From the NCBI GenBank assembly GCA_023248955.1, contig JAHFDP010000012.1:1583-65582 (forward strand): a stretch of DNA of 64,000 nt, written 5' to 3'. Shown here one piece after another: positions 7,994 through 17,529 of this stretch. The notes beneath the pieces are model-generated. The model was not told the origin of the DNA, made no database searches, and worked only from the letters and a program-made list of their open reading frames with translations. The position numbers and the translations under genes are program-made. This stretch comes from Deltaproteobacteria bacterium. GTDB taxonomy: Bacteria; Myxococcota; Myxococcia; Myxococcales; JAHFDP01. Numbering within the stretch: position 1 is the stretch's first letter; every line of letters starts with the position of its first letter.

Positions 7994-8785
7994 CTATATA
8001 CTTTGTAATCTTCCGCCGTCGACCGCCAGGCTCTGCCCGCGAATGAACGACGCCGCCGGCGAAACCAAGAACGCGATAGCCGCTGCGATCTCTTCGGGTC
8101 GCGCCAGTCGTGCTTCCGGAACCGCCGCGATCCATCCCGCTTCGATCTCCGCGATCGATCGACCCGTGCGCTTGGCCGTAAATTCGCCGAGCTCCGTGAG
8201 CCGCTCGGTCGCCGTGTAACCGGGCAAAATGTTGTTGATGGTCACGCCCGGAGGCAGCTCGCGCGCCAGCGTCTTCGACCAACCCGCCATGGCGGCACGC
8301 ACCGTGTTGCCGACTCCGACACCAGCGATCGGCTCGCGCATCGAGGTGGAAAGTACATTCACGATACGCCCGAAACCGGCGGCGCGCATGCCCGGAACGG
8401 TTGCGCGCACGAGCAGATGCGCGGAGAGGAGCACGCCGCCAAAGCCCTTCTGCAAATCAGCTTCGGTGACGTCGAGTAGACTCTTCGGCGCTGGACCACC
8501 GTTGTTGTTGACGAGCACGTGAACGGGGCCGTGATCGCGCACCAGGGCGTCCACCGCGCTCTGCAACGCGGTGCGATCATCGAGATCGATCGCCAAGTAG
8601 CGCGCATCGCTCGCACCGGCGACGCGCAACTGCGGCAACAATTTTTCGAGCGCATCGCGGCGCCGCGCGAGCACCGTCACCTGCGCGCCAAGCGAAGCAA
8701 TGGCAAGTGCAGCCGCTCGTCCGATACCCGCGCTCGCACCAGTCACCAGTGCGTGTCGCGATTTCAGTTGGAGATCGAGACCCAT
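7994..8785 (-). CDS. SDR family oxidoreductase (atypical active site)
   Basis: VTGASAGIG, LVNNNGGP, GNTVR in place of YxxxK, NNILPG, LAVDGG; start at MGLDLQL. Confidence 0.85.
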   Translation of the reverse strand: MGLDLQLKSRHALVTGASAGIGRAAALAIASLGAQVTVLARRRDALEKLLPQLRVAGASDARYLAIDLDDRTALQSAVDALVRDHGPVHVLVNNNGGPAPKSLLDVTEADLQKGFGGVLLSAHLLVRATVPGMRAAGFGRIVNVLSTSMREPIAGVGVGNTVRAAMAGWSKTLARELPPGVTINNILPGYTATERLTELGEFTAKRTGRSIAEIEAGWIAAVPEARLARPEEIAAAIAFLVSPAASFIRGQSLAVDGGRLQSI

Positions 8786-8825
8786 GGCGCTCGTGAATAA
8801 CTCAGGCGGCGCCTCTTGGCGAGCG

Positions 8826-8844
8826 TCCGGCGGCACGCGCCGGA
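8826..8844 (-). promoter_or_regulatory. SECIS-like hairpin for the second UGA
   Basis: TCCGGCG-CGTGC-CGCCGGA starts 11 nt downstream of the UGA; same CGUG loop start as the first hairpin. Confidence 0.65.
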
Positions 8845-8846
8845 AG

Positions 8847-9071
8847 TCAGACGGTTCAAGTCTTTCCGTCCCAACCGATCGTGACCTGCCCATTGCGCAC
8901 GATGACTGGCGCACACCGCTCGCCCCCGTTGAGCTTCTTCATCGTCGCGAACGCGACGCGATCGCGATGCACGTCGAAGTAGCGAATCGTCGCCGATTTT
9001 CCGAGCGCCTCACGGGCGCGTGTCGTGTGCGGTCAAGTATCCGTTCCATAGATCAAAATTTCGTCGGCCAT
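8847..9071 (-). CDS. Glutaredoxin-like selenoprotein with two Sec residues (UXX-star type)
   Basis: Manual translation MADEILIYGTDT-U-PHTTRAREALGKSATIRYFDVHRDRVAFATMKKLNGGERCAPVIVRNGQVTIGWDGKT-U-TV*; GGAG RBS upstream; TGA at 9035-9033 and 8858-8856. Confidence 0.88.
9005..9019 (-). promoter_or_regulatory. SECIS-like hairpin for the first UGA
   Basis: GCGCC-CGTGA-GGCGC starts 13 nt downstream of the UGA; GU in the loop. Confidence 0.6.
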
Positions 9072-9792
9072 GGACGACTCCTAGCGAATTCGGAACCGCA
9101 ATGAACCTACCCAGCCCGTGCAGGCAGTCGCAAGCCTTTGCGTGATGGACCTCGCGCGCCCGTGTCCACTCTTCGCGCGCCGCTTGCCACAACTTCACCG
9201 CACCGCGAACGCTCGGTCCGTCGCCCGCACGAAATTCCAAACCGGCTTCGTCGCCTGCCGTCCAAGCGACGCGCGCAATCGCGGGACCGTCGATCCACTG
9301 TTTTCGCGGGAACGGCGCGAGCTCCAACCGATCGCCCACCCGTCCATTCGCGCCCGCAAGCAGCGCGCCGCTGATGCCCACATCGAGGAGCCGTGCGATT
9401 TTCGCTGGACGATCGCCGCACCGAATCCTCACCAGCTGATTGGTGGCGATGCGCCGATGGCGACGACCGGCGGTTCCCTCCGGCAAGCTCCAATGCTCGA
9501 GAAAATACGTCGCCGAAAAAGTGAGCCACGTCCCGTTCGTCGACTTCCGCTCTTTGGCGAGCGCGTTTCCGCGCAAGATGGTCCGCTGCTCCGTGCTACG
9601 GCAGGCGATCTCCAAAATGACCGGAGCGCCCTTCGCGACACTCATTGTTGGGTCGGGAAAAAAGAGCAGGGCGCGCTGATCCTCCAATAGGAAATGCCGC
9701 AAAATCTGAGCTGGCGAATCGAATTGGTAACGCAACAGCGTTACGCCGCGCGGTGAGGTTTTTTCCGTGGCCAGTGCGCGTGAAGCGGACAT
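9010..9792 (-). CDS. PilZ-domain protein
   Basis: RRHRR (RxxxR) and DVGISG (DxSxxG-like) motifs; ARVAW...GLEF; start uncertain. Confidence 0.65.
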   Translation of the reverse strand: MSASRALATEKTSPRGVTLLRYQFDSPAQILRHFLLEDQRALLFFPDPTMSVAKGAPVILEIACRSTEQRTILRGNALAKERKSTNGTWLTFSATYFLEHWSLPEGTAGRRHRRIATNQLVRIRCGDRPAKIARLLDVGISGALLAGANGRVGDRLELAPFPRKQWIDGPAIARVAWTAGDEAGLEFRAGDGPSVRGAVKLWQAAREEWTRAREVHHAKACDCLHGLGRFIAVPNSLGVVHGRRNFDLWNGYLTAHDTRP

Positions 9793-9939
9793 TGTTACCG
9801 GATCTCCCGCCACACATGACGTTGTGCGGCACCGAGATCAGCAACTTGCAAACCTCACGCCAGGCCGCTTCGCGCGTACCGTGCGCTACGTATGCGTCAA
9901 AATGATGATTGCCTGAAAAAAATGTTTTAACGCAACCGG

Positions 9940-12774
9940 TCAAGAACTTTTTTGCGCATCCATCAGCTGCTTCAGCACAAACGGCAAAATGCCGCCGCTC
10001 TTGAAGTACTCCACCTCAATCGGCGTATCGATGCGCACGGTGACCGGCACCTTTTGCGTGCTGCCGGCGTGACGGTTGATCACCAGCGTGGCGTCCTGCA
10101 GCGGTTTCAGCATAGGCACCATCAAATCGAACGTCTCCGTTCCGTCGAGCTTGAGCAACGTTGCGTCCACGCCCTCCTGGAACTGGCAGGGCAACACGCC
10201 CATGCCAACCAGGTTGCTGCGATGAATGCGCTCGAACGATTTGGCGACGACCGCGCGCACGCCGAGCAACCGCGTTCCTTTGGCTGCCCAATCGCGCGAG
10301 CTGCCGGTGCCATACTCCGCACCGGCCAGCACAACCAGCGGCGTGTGCGTCTTCTCGTACTCCATTGCCGCGTCGTAAATCGACATCCGCTTGCCGCTCG
10401 GCTGGTGCACAGTGACACTGCCCTCGACGCCCGGCACGAGCAGATTTTTGATGCGCACGTTGGCGAACGTTCCGCGCACCATCACGTCGTGATTGCCGCG
10501 GCGCGCGCCGTAGCTGTTGAAGTCCTCCGCCGGAACGCCGCGCTCACGCAGATGCACACCAGCCGCCGAGGAGGCTTTGATGTTGCCCGCTGGGCTGATG
10601 TGGTCGGTGGTCACCGAATCGCCGAACACCGCCAGCGCGCGCGCACCGTGAATGTTACCAACCGTCGGCGCGCCGCCGCTCTCGAAAAACGGCGGTTCGC
10701 GAATGTAAGTCGACTCCAAATCCCACGCGTAGAGATGTCCGCTCGGCGCGGGAATGGCGTTCCACAACGTGCTCTCGCGCGTGAGATCGCGGTAATTTTC
10801 GCAGTACGACGCCGGGTCCATCGCGGCATCGGTGAGCGCGGCCACCTCGGCGGTGGTGGGCCAGATGTCGCGGAGAAAAACCGGCTTTCCATCTTTGCCG
10901 AGGCCGATCGAATCATGCGCCAGATCAATGTCCACGCGGCCCGCCAGCGCGAAGGCCACGACGAGCGGAGGGCTCATCAAAAAATTTGCTTTGATGCTTT
11001 GATGCACGCGCGCTTCGAAGTTGCGATTTCCCGAGAGCACGCTCGCCGCGACGACATCATGCTCGCCGAGAATTTTTTCGATGCGCGCGTCGAGCGGGCC
11101 GGAGTTGCCGATGCAGGTCGTGCAGCCGTAACCGACCAGATTGAACCCAAGTTGATCGAGATACGGCATCAAGCCAGTCTTCTCGAGGTAGGTCGTCACC
11201 ACGCGCGATCCCGGCGCGAGCGACGTCTTCACTGTCGGCTTCACCGTGAGTCCGCGCTCGACGGCTTTCTTGGCGACCAAGCCCGCGGCCAACATCACGC
11301 CCGGGTTCGACGTGTTGGTGCAGCTGGTGATTGCGGCGATCAACACGTCTCCGTGTGACAGCGCGATGCCGCGCGTCTTCGCTTCCGAGGCCATCGCGCT
11401 GACGTAATCGGGCGTGGGACGGTTGTTGACCATCTCGCCTTCCGTCTGTGGATTGACGCCGCGCGCTTTGGCGCTCTCGAGTCCGCCCGCGTCCTGCGAT
11501 CCGCCGCCCTTCACGGAACCGTTGGCGTGCTCAGCCCCGTCGTGAAAGCGCTGCCCGATCTCTTCTTTCGCTTTGCCGTAACCGTCGGGCGCGGGCTTTT
11601 GCAGCAGCTCGAGGAACTTCTCCTTCAGCCGTGGCAACTCGATGCGATCCTGCGGCCGCTTCGGCCCGGCCACGCTGGGCCTCACTTCTCCGAGATCCAA
11701 CTCCACAACCTGCGTGTAGTCGCAGTCTCCTTTAGATGGGATCCCATACATTTGTTGTACTTTGTAATACGCCCGCACCAACTCCACCTGTTCGGTGCTG
11801 CGGCCGCTGGCCGCCAGGTAGCGGCAGGTGAGGTTGTCGACCGGGAAGAAGCCGACCGTCGCTCCGTACTCTGGCGCCATGTTGGCGATGGTGGCGCGCT
11901 CCGGCACAGGCAAGCTCGCCGCACCTTCACCGAAAAATTCGACCAGCTTTCCGACCACTTTGGCTTTGCGCAAAATCTCGGTGACCGTGAGCACCAGATC
12001 CGTCGCGGTCACGCCCTCGGTAAGCGCGCCTTTTAAATGAAACCCCACGACGTCGGGCATCAGCGTGTAGACCGGCTGACCCAGCATGGCCGCCTCGGCT
12101 TCGATTCCACCGACGCCCCAACCGACGATGCCGAGCCCGTTGATCATGGTGGTGTGCGAGTCGGTACCCACCAGCGTGTCGGGATAAGCGACGCCGTTTT
12201 TTTCGAAAATCCCCTGCGCCAAAAATTCCAAATTCACCTGGTGCACGATGCCCACGCCCGGCGGCACGATCTTCAGACGCTCGAAGGCCTGCATGCCCCA
12301 TTTCAGAAATTCGTAGCGCGCGCGGTTGCGACGGAACTCGATACCCATGTTGAGCTGCAACGCATCGGGACTGCGCGCGTAGTCGACCTGCACCGAGTGA
12401 TCGATGACCAGATCGACGGGAACGATCGGCTCTATTTTCAGTGGATCCTTGCCGGCGCGCTTCGCCGCGGCGCGCATGGCCGCGAGATCAACGATGAGCG
12501 GCACCCCCGTAAAATCCTGGAGAAGCACGCGCGAAACCACGAACGGCACTTCCGCGGTGCGCTTGGCGTTGGGCTGCCAACCGGCGAGCGCGCGAACATC
12601 CACTTCGCGAACACGCTGCCCATCGCAATTGCGCACCAGCGATTCCAACATCACGCGCAGCGAAACGGGAAGCCGAGAAATCTTGCCGAATCCACGCTGC
12701 TCGAGTTTGGGCAGCGAATGAAATTTCAGCTCGCGGTTCCCCGCGCGAAAGGTGTCCAGCACGTCGAGCGTCAT
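9940..12774 (-). CDS. acnA: Aconitate hydratase A
   Basis: [56 protein letters not shown]. Confidence 0.97.
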   Translation of the reverse strand: MTLDVLDTFRAGNRELKFHSLPKLEQRGFGKISRLPVSLRVMLESLVRNCDGQRVREVDVRALAGWQPNAKRTAEVPFVVSRVLLQDFTGVPLIVDLAAMRAAAKRAGKDPLKIEPIVPVDLVIDHSVQVDYARSPDALQLNMGIEFRRNRARYEFLKWGMQAFERLKIVPPGVGIVHQVNLEFLAQGIFEKNGVAYPDTLVGTDSHTTMINGLGIVGWGVGGIEAEAAMLGQPVYTLMPDVVGFHLKGALTEGVTATDLVLTVTEILRKAKVVGKLVEFFGEGAASLPVPERATIANMAPEYGATVGFFPVDNLTCRYLAASGRSTEQVELVRAYYKVQQMYGIPSKGDCDYTQVVELDLGEVRPSVAGPKRPQDRIELPRLKEKFLELLQKPAPDGYGKAKEEIGQRFHDGAEHANGSVKGGGSQDAGGLESAKARGVNPQTEGEMVNNRPTPDYVSAMASEAKTRGIALSHGDVLIAAITSCTNTSNPGVMLAAGLVAKKAVERGLTVKPTVKTSLAPGSRVVTTYLEKTGLMPYLDQLGFNLVGYGCTTCIGNSGPLDARIEKILGEHDVVAASVLSGNRNFEARVHQSIKANFLMSPPLVVAFALAGRVDIDLAHDSIGLGKDGKPVFLRDIWPTTAEVAALTDAAMDPASYCENYRDLTRESTLWNAIPAPSGHLYAWDLESTYIREPPFFESGGAPTVGNIHGARALAVFGDSVTTDHISPAGNIKASSAAGVHLRERGVPAEDFNSYGARRGNHDVMVRGTFANVRIKNLLVPGVEGSVTVHQPSGKRMSIYDAAMEYEKTHTPLVVLAGAEYGTGSSRDWAAKGTRLLGVRAVVAKSFERIHRSNLVGMGVLPCQFQEGVDATLLKLDGTETFDLMVPMLKPLQDATLVINRHAGSTQKVPVTVRIDTPIEVEYFKSGGILPFVLKQLMDAQKSS

Positions 12775-12854
12775 GGAAATTCCTCCTGGTGAGACGAACA
12801 GTAGACTTGGTCCGCCTCCGATGGCTAAATACGCTCCCCTGGAGGCGAACTACA

Positions 12855-13190
12855 ATGGCTTATATCGTCGCGGAACCGTGTGTGAAGTGTAAGTACACCG
12901 ACTGCGTTTCGGTGTGCCCGGTGGACTGTTTTTACGAGGGCGCTAACTTCCTGGTCATCCATCCAGAAGAGTGCATCGACTGCGGCGCCTGTGTTCCCGA
13001 ATGCCCGACGTTGGCCATTTTTGCCGAGGATGATCTCCCGGAAAAATGGAAAGAGTGGACGGCCCTCAACGCGGATTACGCGACGAAGTGGCCCAACATC
13101 AACGCCAAGAAAGACGCGCTGCCCGAGGCCGACAAATGGAAAGCGGTTGAGAATAAGAAGGATCAGTTCGATCCGAATCCGGGCGGATAG
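12855..13190 (+). CDS. fdxA: Ferredoxin (FdxA type, two Fe-S clusters)
   Basis: [18 protein letters not shown] and [12 protein letters not shown]; GGAGG RBS before ATG 12855. Confidence 0.92.
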   Translation: MAYIVAEPCVKCKYTDCVSVCPVDCFYEGANFLVIHPEECIDCGACVPECPTLAIFAEDDLPEKWKEWTALNADYATKWPNINAKKDALPEADKWKAVENKKDQFDPNPGG

Positions 13191-13193
13191 CGT

Positions 13194-13946
13194 TCATTTC
13201 GCGGCCAACTTCTCGTCGATTCCACACGCACGCGCCACGTCGTCGCGAAACGCCAGCCAGCGCGAAAGCGCTTCGCTGAGTGCTTTTTCAACCATGGGTT
13301 CGGTTTCCGTCGTCACGTAGCCGAGCACCATTTCCCACGCATCCGTGCGATGTCCGCCTTCCACGAGCTTGTGTACGCGCACCAGCTCCAACGCCGTGGG
13401 CGCAACGCCGTGAAAGCGCGCCAGCGGATGTCGAAGAATCGCCTTCGTGATCTCCCCGGCCGCGGCGGGTTTGTGCTGCGCGGCGAGCTCGCGACGCTCG
13501 TTGGCGCTTCCCTCGACAAACAGCGTGAGCGCCGCCGCACCCACGATCCAGGGCGTCGACCAACTCGCGCGATCCAAAAACGCGCGGTAAGCCGCCGCCG
13601 ATGGAAGCAGCGTCACGTTCTCGAATTGCGCGCGCGAAAATCCGCAGCCTTCCATCATGCGCAAGAAGAGCTCGGGATGCGGCGCGGATTTGCTGATGCC
13701 GCCGGTCTGCTCTTCGTAAATATTTTCTGCCAACGCGGCGCACACCGACGCCGGCGGCGCATGGCCCAGCACGCGCGCCAGCATCACCGGAAAGTCGCGG
13801 ACGTAGACGGCCCACTCCTGCTGAAAATGCGGCAAGAGGTTCGGCAACGGCACGCGGCCATTGGCAAACGCCGGCCAGGCCCAGTGGTTTTTTTTCTCGA
13901 GGACAACGAGCAAACGCTCGCGCAAAGCATCTTTGGAATCGATCAC
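13194..13946 (-). CDS. Heme-oxygenase-like (PqqC/CADD/TenA) iron-binding redox protein
   Basis: ENIYEEQTG...HPELF, FVEGS and HKLVEGGH motifs; GTG start inferred at 13946. Confidence 0.7.
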   Translation of the reverse strand: MIDSKDALRERLLVVLEKKNHWAWPAFANGRVPLPNLLPHFQQEWAVYVRDFPVMLARVLGHAPPASVCAALAENIYEEQTGGISKSAPHPELFLRMMEGCGFSRAQFENVTLLPSAAAYRAFLDRASWSTPWIVGAAALTLFVEGSANERRELAAQHKPAAAGEITKAILRHPLARFHGVAPTALELVRVHKLVEGGHRTDAWEMVLGYVTTETEPMVEKALSEALSRWLAFRDDVARACGIDEKLAAK

Positions 13947-13975
13947 GGACCGAATTGTACCAGCTACCCGGCGCG

Positions 13976-14737
13976 CTATCCGCGCAGTTTGTAACCGCTG
14001 CGGAGGAGTTGCAGCGCCAGCGCCAGCGAGGCGGCACACAACACACCGAGCAAGAGCAGCCCGATCTCCGGACGCGAATCCGCGATGCCCAGCATGGCGA
14101 AACGCACGCTGTCCACGAGATAAAAAATCGGATTGGCCAACGTCAGGCGGCGCAGCGCGGTGGGCAGCATGGAGACCGACGTGAACACGCCACCGAGAAA
14201 CGTCAGCGGTGTGATGACGAAAGTGGGAACGAAGTTGACCTGCTCGAACTTGTCCGCCCAGATCGCCACGCACAAGCCCATGGCGCCGAAGGCGATCGAA
14301 ATCAACAAAAGATCAAGAAGGAGCAAGAGTGGGTGGGCCACCGCGAAGCCGGTAAAAATCGCCGCCACCAGCCAGGTCAGCGCGCCGACCAACAGCGCGC
14401 GCACCACGGCAGCGCCGAGAAAGCCGGCCAGCACCTCGGCGTAGGACAGCGGCGTGACGAGCAGATCGATCAACGTGCCCTGCATCTTCATCATGAAGAG
14501 CGACGACGCCGTGTTGAGAAACGCGTTGGAGATCACCCCAAGCGTGATCAGTCCGGGAACCAGAAAGCGGCTGTAGGGAACGCCCTGGATGTCGTGCAGC
14601 CGGCCGCCGATCGAGTAGCCAAACACGATGAAGTAGAGCGCGGTGGTGATGAGCGGCGAGAGCAGCGTCTGACCGGCCACCCGCATGAAGCGGAGGACTT
14701 CCTTCTCGAAGAGCGTGCGCAAGCCGCGACTGATCAC
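13976..14737 (-). CDS. ABC-2 type transporter permease (YadH-like)
   Basis: KEVLRF...QTLLSP, FLVPGLI, PLTFLGGVF, NPIFYLVD. Confidence 0.9.
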   Translation of the reverse strand: MISRGLRTLFEKEVLRFMRVAGQTLLSPLITTALYFIVFGYSIGGRLHDIQGVPYSRFLVPGLITLGVISNAFLNTASSLFMMKMQGTLIDLLVTPLSYAEVLAGFLGAAVVRALLVGALTWLVAAIFTGFAVAHPLLLLLDLLLISIAFGAMGLCVAIWADKFEQVNFVPTFVITPLTFLGGVFTSVSMLPTALRRLTLANPIFYLVDSVRFAMLGIADSRPEIGLLLLGVLCAASLALALQLLRSGYKLRG

Positions 14738-15654
14738 GCGGCGGCGCCTTGGTGCAGGAGCGACACGAAAATATCTTCCAAACGCGCGCGGTGTGTTTCC
14801 ACATCGCGCACCGCAACCCCCGCCGCGGCAACGGCGGCCAGCGCGCGACCTAGATCCTCGCCCGGCGGCGCGGTGATCGACAACGAGAGTCCGTTCGCCG
14901 CGAGTTGCGCGCCGATTGTGCGCAACGATTCCGGCAGCGTCACAAGTCGCGCGGTGAGCGAGATGGTCAGCGTCTTTTCACTGTAGCGGCGCAACAGATC
15001 CTCCTTGCGCTCGGTGAGCAAGAGCTTCCCATGATCGACGATGGCGATTCGCTCGGCCAGCTCTTCAGCCTCCTCGAGGTAGTGCGTGGTGAGGACGATG
15101 GACGTGCCGCGCGCTTGCAAGGTGCGCACATAGCGCCACAACGATTGGCGCATCTCCACGTCGACGCCGGCAGTCGGCTCATCGAGGAAGAGCACCTGCG
15201 GCGCGTGGACCAGCGCCTTGCCGATCAGCAACCGCCGCTTCATTCCACCCGAGAGCGTGCGGCTGCCGGCGTCACGCTTGGTCCAGAGATCGAGCGCTTG
15301 CAAAATCTCCGCGAGCCGATCTTCGGTGAGCCGCACGCCGAAGTAGCCGGCCTGAAAACGAAGCGCTTCGGAGACGGTGAAAAAAGGATCGAAGTTGATC
15401 TCTTGCGGCACCAGTCCCACCGCGCGCCGCGTGAAGCGGTAGTCGTCAATCACGTCGTGGCCCAACACCCGCGCGCTTCCGGAGGTGGGCCGCGTGAGCC
15501 CCGCCACGATGTTGATGAGCGTGGTTTTGCCCGCGCCGTTGGGACCGAGCAGCGCGAAGATCTCGCCGCGCTGAACGTCGAGATCGACGTGGTCGAGCGC
15601 GACGGTGGAGCCATAGCGCTTGGTGAGCCCGCGAATGGTGAGTACTGCCTCCAT
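14734..15654 (-). CDS. ABC transporter ATP-binding protein (YadG-like)
   Basis: GPNGAGKTT, LSGGMKRR, LDEPTAGVD, TTHYLEEAE. Confidence 0.92.
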   Translation of the reverse strand: MEAVLTIRGLTKRYGSTVALDHVDLDVQRGEIFALLGPNGAGKTTLINIVAGLTRPTSGSARVLGHDVIDDYRFTRRAVGLVPQEINFDPFFTVSEALRFQAGYFGVRLTEDRLAEILQALDLWTKRDAGSRTLSGGMKRRLLIGKALVHAPQVLFLDEPTAGVDVEMRQSLWRYVRTLQARGTSIVLTTHYLEEAEELAERIAIVDHGKLLLTERKEDLLRRYSEKTLTISLTARLVTLPESLRTIGAQLAANGLSLSITAPPGEDLGRALAAVAAAGVAVRDVETHRARLEDIFVSLLHQGAAA

Positions 15655-15655
15655 G

Positions 15656-16357
15656 TCAGCGTTGTAGCTTCGTCGCCAATGTCGCGGCGAATTGCGGACC
15701 CTTGCCTTCGGCCTCATGCTTTAAAAAAACAAAAACGTCTTTCGTAAATCCCGCGTCGCGAATTCGCGTGGCCCACGTCTCGAGCGCGGCCTCGTCGTAA
15801 TCGGCGCGGCGCAAACGGAAATAGCCGTGCGCCGCGGTACGCACCACCGGCGTTGCTAGTTCTTCACTTTCAGCGATGCACAGCGCGGCGCCAGCATCCG
15901 AGAGCGCGCGGTAGATCGCTTCGTCGAACCAGGAGGCGTGTCGAAATTCGAAAGCGGCCGCCACGTCGCGCGGAAGTTGCGCCAAAAAGTCCGTCAGTAC
16001 GGGAAGGTCTTTTCGTACGTACGGCGGAAGTTGAAACAAGATCGGCCCACGCTTCTCGCCGAGCGTGCGCGTGACCTCGCAAAAGGACGTCAAAAGATCG
16101 CCCGCCTCGCGCAACCGCTGCTGATGCGTGATGCGCTGCCACGCCTTCAACGCGAATCGAAACGTCGGCGGCGTCTGCGTGGCCCAGCCTTCGAACGTCT
16201 TGACGCTGGGCTTTCGGTAGAACGTGTAGTTGATCTCGACGGTCGGAAAATGCGCCGCGTAAAAGCCAAGCATCTTTTTCGCGGAAAGTTTCTCCGGATA
16301 GAAGCGGCCCTTCCACGCGTCGTAGTTGTAGCCCGAGGTGCCGAGCAGCGCGTGCAT
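15656..16357 (-). CDS. DUF72 (YecE-like) protein
   Basis: GTSGYNY..W.GRFYP, VEINYTFYR, FQLPP, FEFRHASW. Confidence 0.9.
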   Translation of the reverse strand: MHALLGTSGYNYDAWKGRFYPEKLSAKKMLGFYAAHFPTVEINYTFYRKPSVKTFEGWATQTPPTFRFALKAWQRITHQQRLREAGDLLTSFCEVTRTLGEKRGPILFQLPPYVRKDLPVLTDFLAQLPRDVAAAFEFRHASWFDEAIYRALSDAGAALCIAESEELATPVVRTAAHGYFRLRRADYDEAALETWATRIRDAGFTKDVFVFLKHEAEGKGPQFAATLATKLQR

Positions 16358-16359
16358 GG

Positions 16360-17277
16360 CTACGGCTCAGCCCCGAGCAGATAGGCCATCGCGCTGGGAA
16401 AGCGCTGCTCCCAAGCCCATTCGTTGTGCTCGTGCCCTTCGCCGACGACGTAGTGAACCGTGGCGCCGAGATCGCGGTAGAGCTTGGCCAGCGCGGAGGT
16501 GTTGATCATGTCGTCGAACATCTCGTTGTCCTGATTCTGTGAATCGCCGCTGTCGACGTAAACGCGCGACAACTTTTTCGCGGCATCCGGCGTGCCGCGG
16601 ACGAGATACACAATCGACTTATGGTCATAATAGGTCATCGGCGAAACCACGCCGATCAGGCCGAAGACCTCGGGATACCAGGCACCAGCAACCGCGGAAA
16701 TATAACCACCGGCCGACGAACCCATCATCGCGGTATGGGCGGGATCGGTCAGCAGCCGTCCCGCGAGGCCGCGTTCGATCTCCGGCTTGAGCTCCTTGAC
16801 GATGGCTTCCAAATAGCGATCGCCGTGGCCGCCACTCTGCGGCAACGTGTACTCGGCGACGCGCTGCGCACCCTGGTGATCGATCAGCACGTAAACGGCC
16901 TCGCGAATCGAACCATCTTGCGCGCCCTGATTCGCGGCGCGATCGACGTGCCATCCGTGGCCAAACGTGGCCATGTGATCGTCGAGCAATTCGCGCCCGT
17001 CGTGCATGTAAACCACCGGGTAACGCTTGTCGGGCTGCTCATCGAACGATCGCGGAAGAAGAACGCGGATGGTCCGCTTGTTGTTCGTGGCGTGGAAATG
17101 CCAATCAGAAATCGTCTCCATCCGCCCGAAACGATTTCGCGGCGCGACGTGCCCCGGCTTCGGCTGAAGAAGGGTCGGATGGTCCGGCCGAATGACCAGC
17201 CGATTCCAGTGGGCAGGAACCGCGGAGGAGCTCGCGGCGAAGAGAAGAACGCTTGTCACGACAACGCGCCGGGGCAT
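16360..17277 (-). CDS. Secreted alpha/beta-hydrolase (putative esterase)
   Basis: YPVVYMHDG, GSSAGG nucleophile elbow, EHNEWAW; N-terminal signal-like segment. Confidence 0.8.
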   Translation of the reverse strand: MPRRVVVTSVLLFAASSSAVPAHWNRLVIRPDHPTLLQPKPGHVAPRNRFGRMETISDWHFHATNNKRTIRVLLPRSFDEQPDKRYPVVYMHDGRELLDDHMATFGHGWHVDRAANQGAQDGSIREAVYVLIDHQGAQRVAEYTLPQSGGHGDRYLEAIVKELKPEIERGLAGRLLTDPAHTAMMGSSAGGYISAVAGAWYPEVFGLIGVVSPMTYYDHKSIVYLVRGTPDAAKKLSRVYVDSGDSQNQDNEMFDDMINTSALAKLYRDLGATVHYVVGEGHEHNEWAWEQRFPSAMAYLLGAEP

Positions 17278-17346
17278 GATCGGTGATTAGAAAGTGCGCC
17301 GCCATCCGTCAAACTGGAGCGGCGCGGAGCGCGGGAAAGTCGACAC

Positions 17347-17484
17347 TCAAAGATGCGCTTCGGCGCGCGGCGCGGCGGTCGCTGCTTGCGGAATCCAAAC
17401 GCGGAACGCACTGCCCACGCCGGGTTCGCTCGTCACTTCCAACGTTCCACCGTGGGCCTCGACCAGTCCCTTACCAAGGTGAAG
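17347..17484 (-). pseudogene. C-terminal fragment of a histidine kinase ATPase domain
   Basis: LVEAHGGTLEVTSEPGVGSAFRVWIP is the HATPase_c tail; the rest of the kinase is absent and the upstream part of the listed ORF lies over tRNA-Sec. Confidence 0.65.
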
Positions 17485-17529
17485 GGCGGGCGACTGGACG
17501 TTGAAAACGGACCTGTTACCTTCCGCCGC

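Noticed and set aside
11370-11560. Insertion in AcnA as a possible intein or mobile element
   Set aside because: Short Gly/Ala-rich loop in a known variable linker region; no intein terminal motifs
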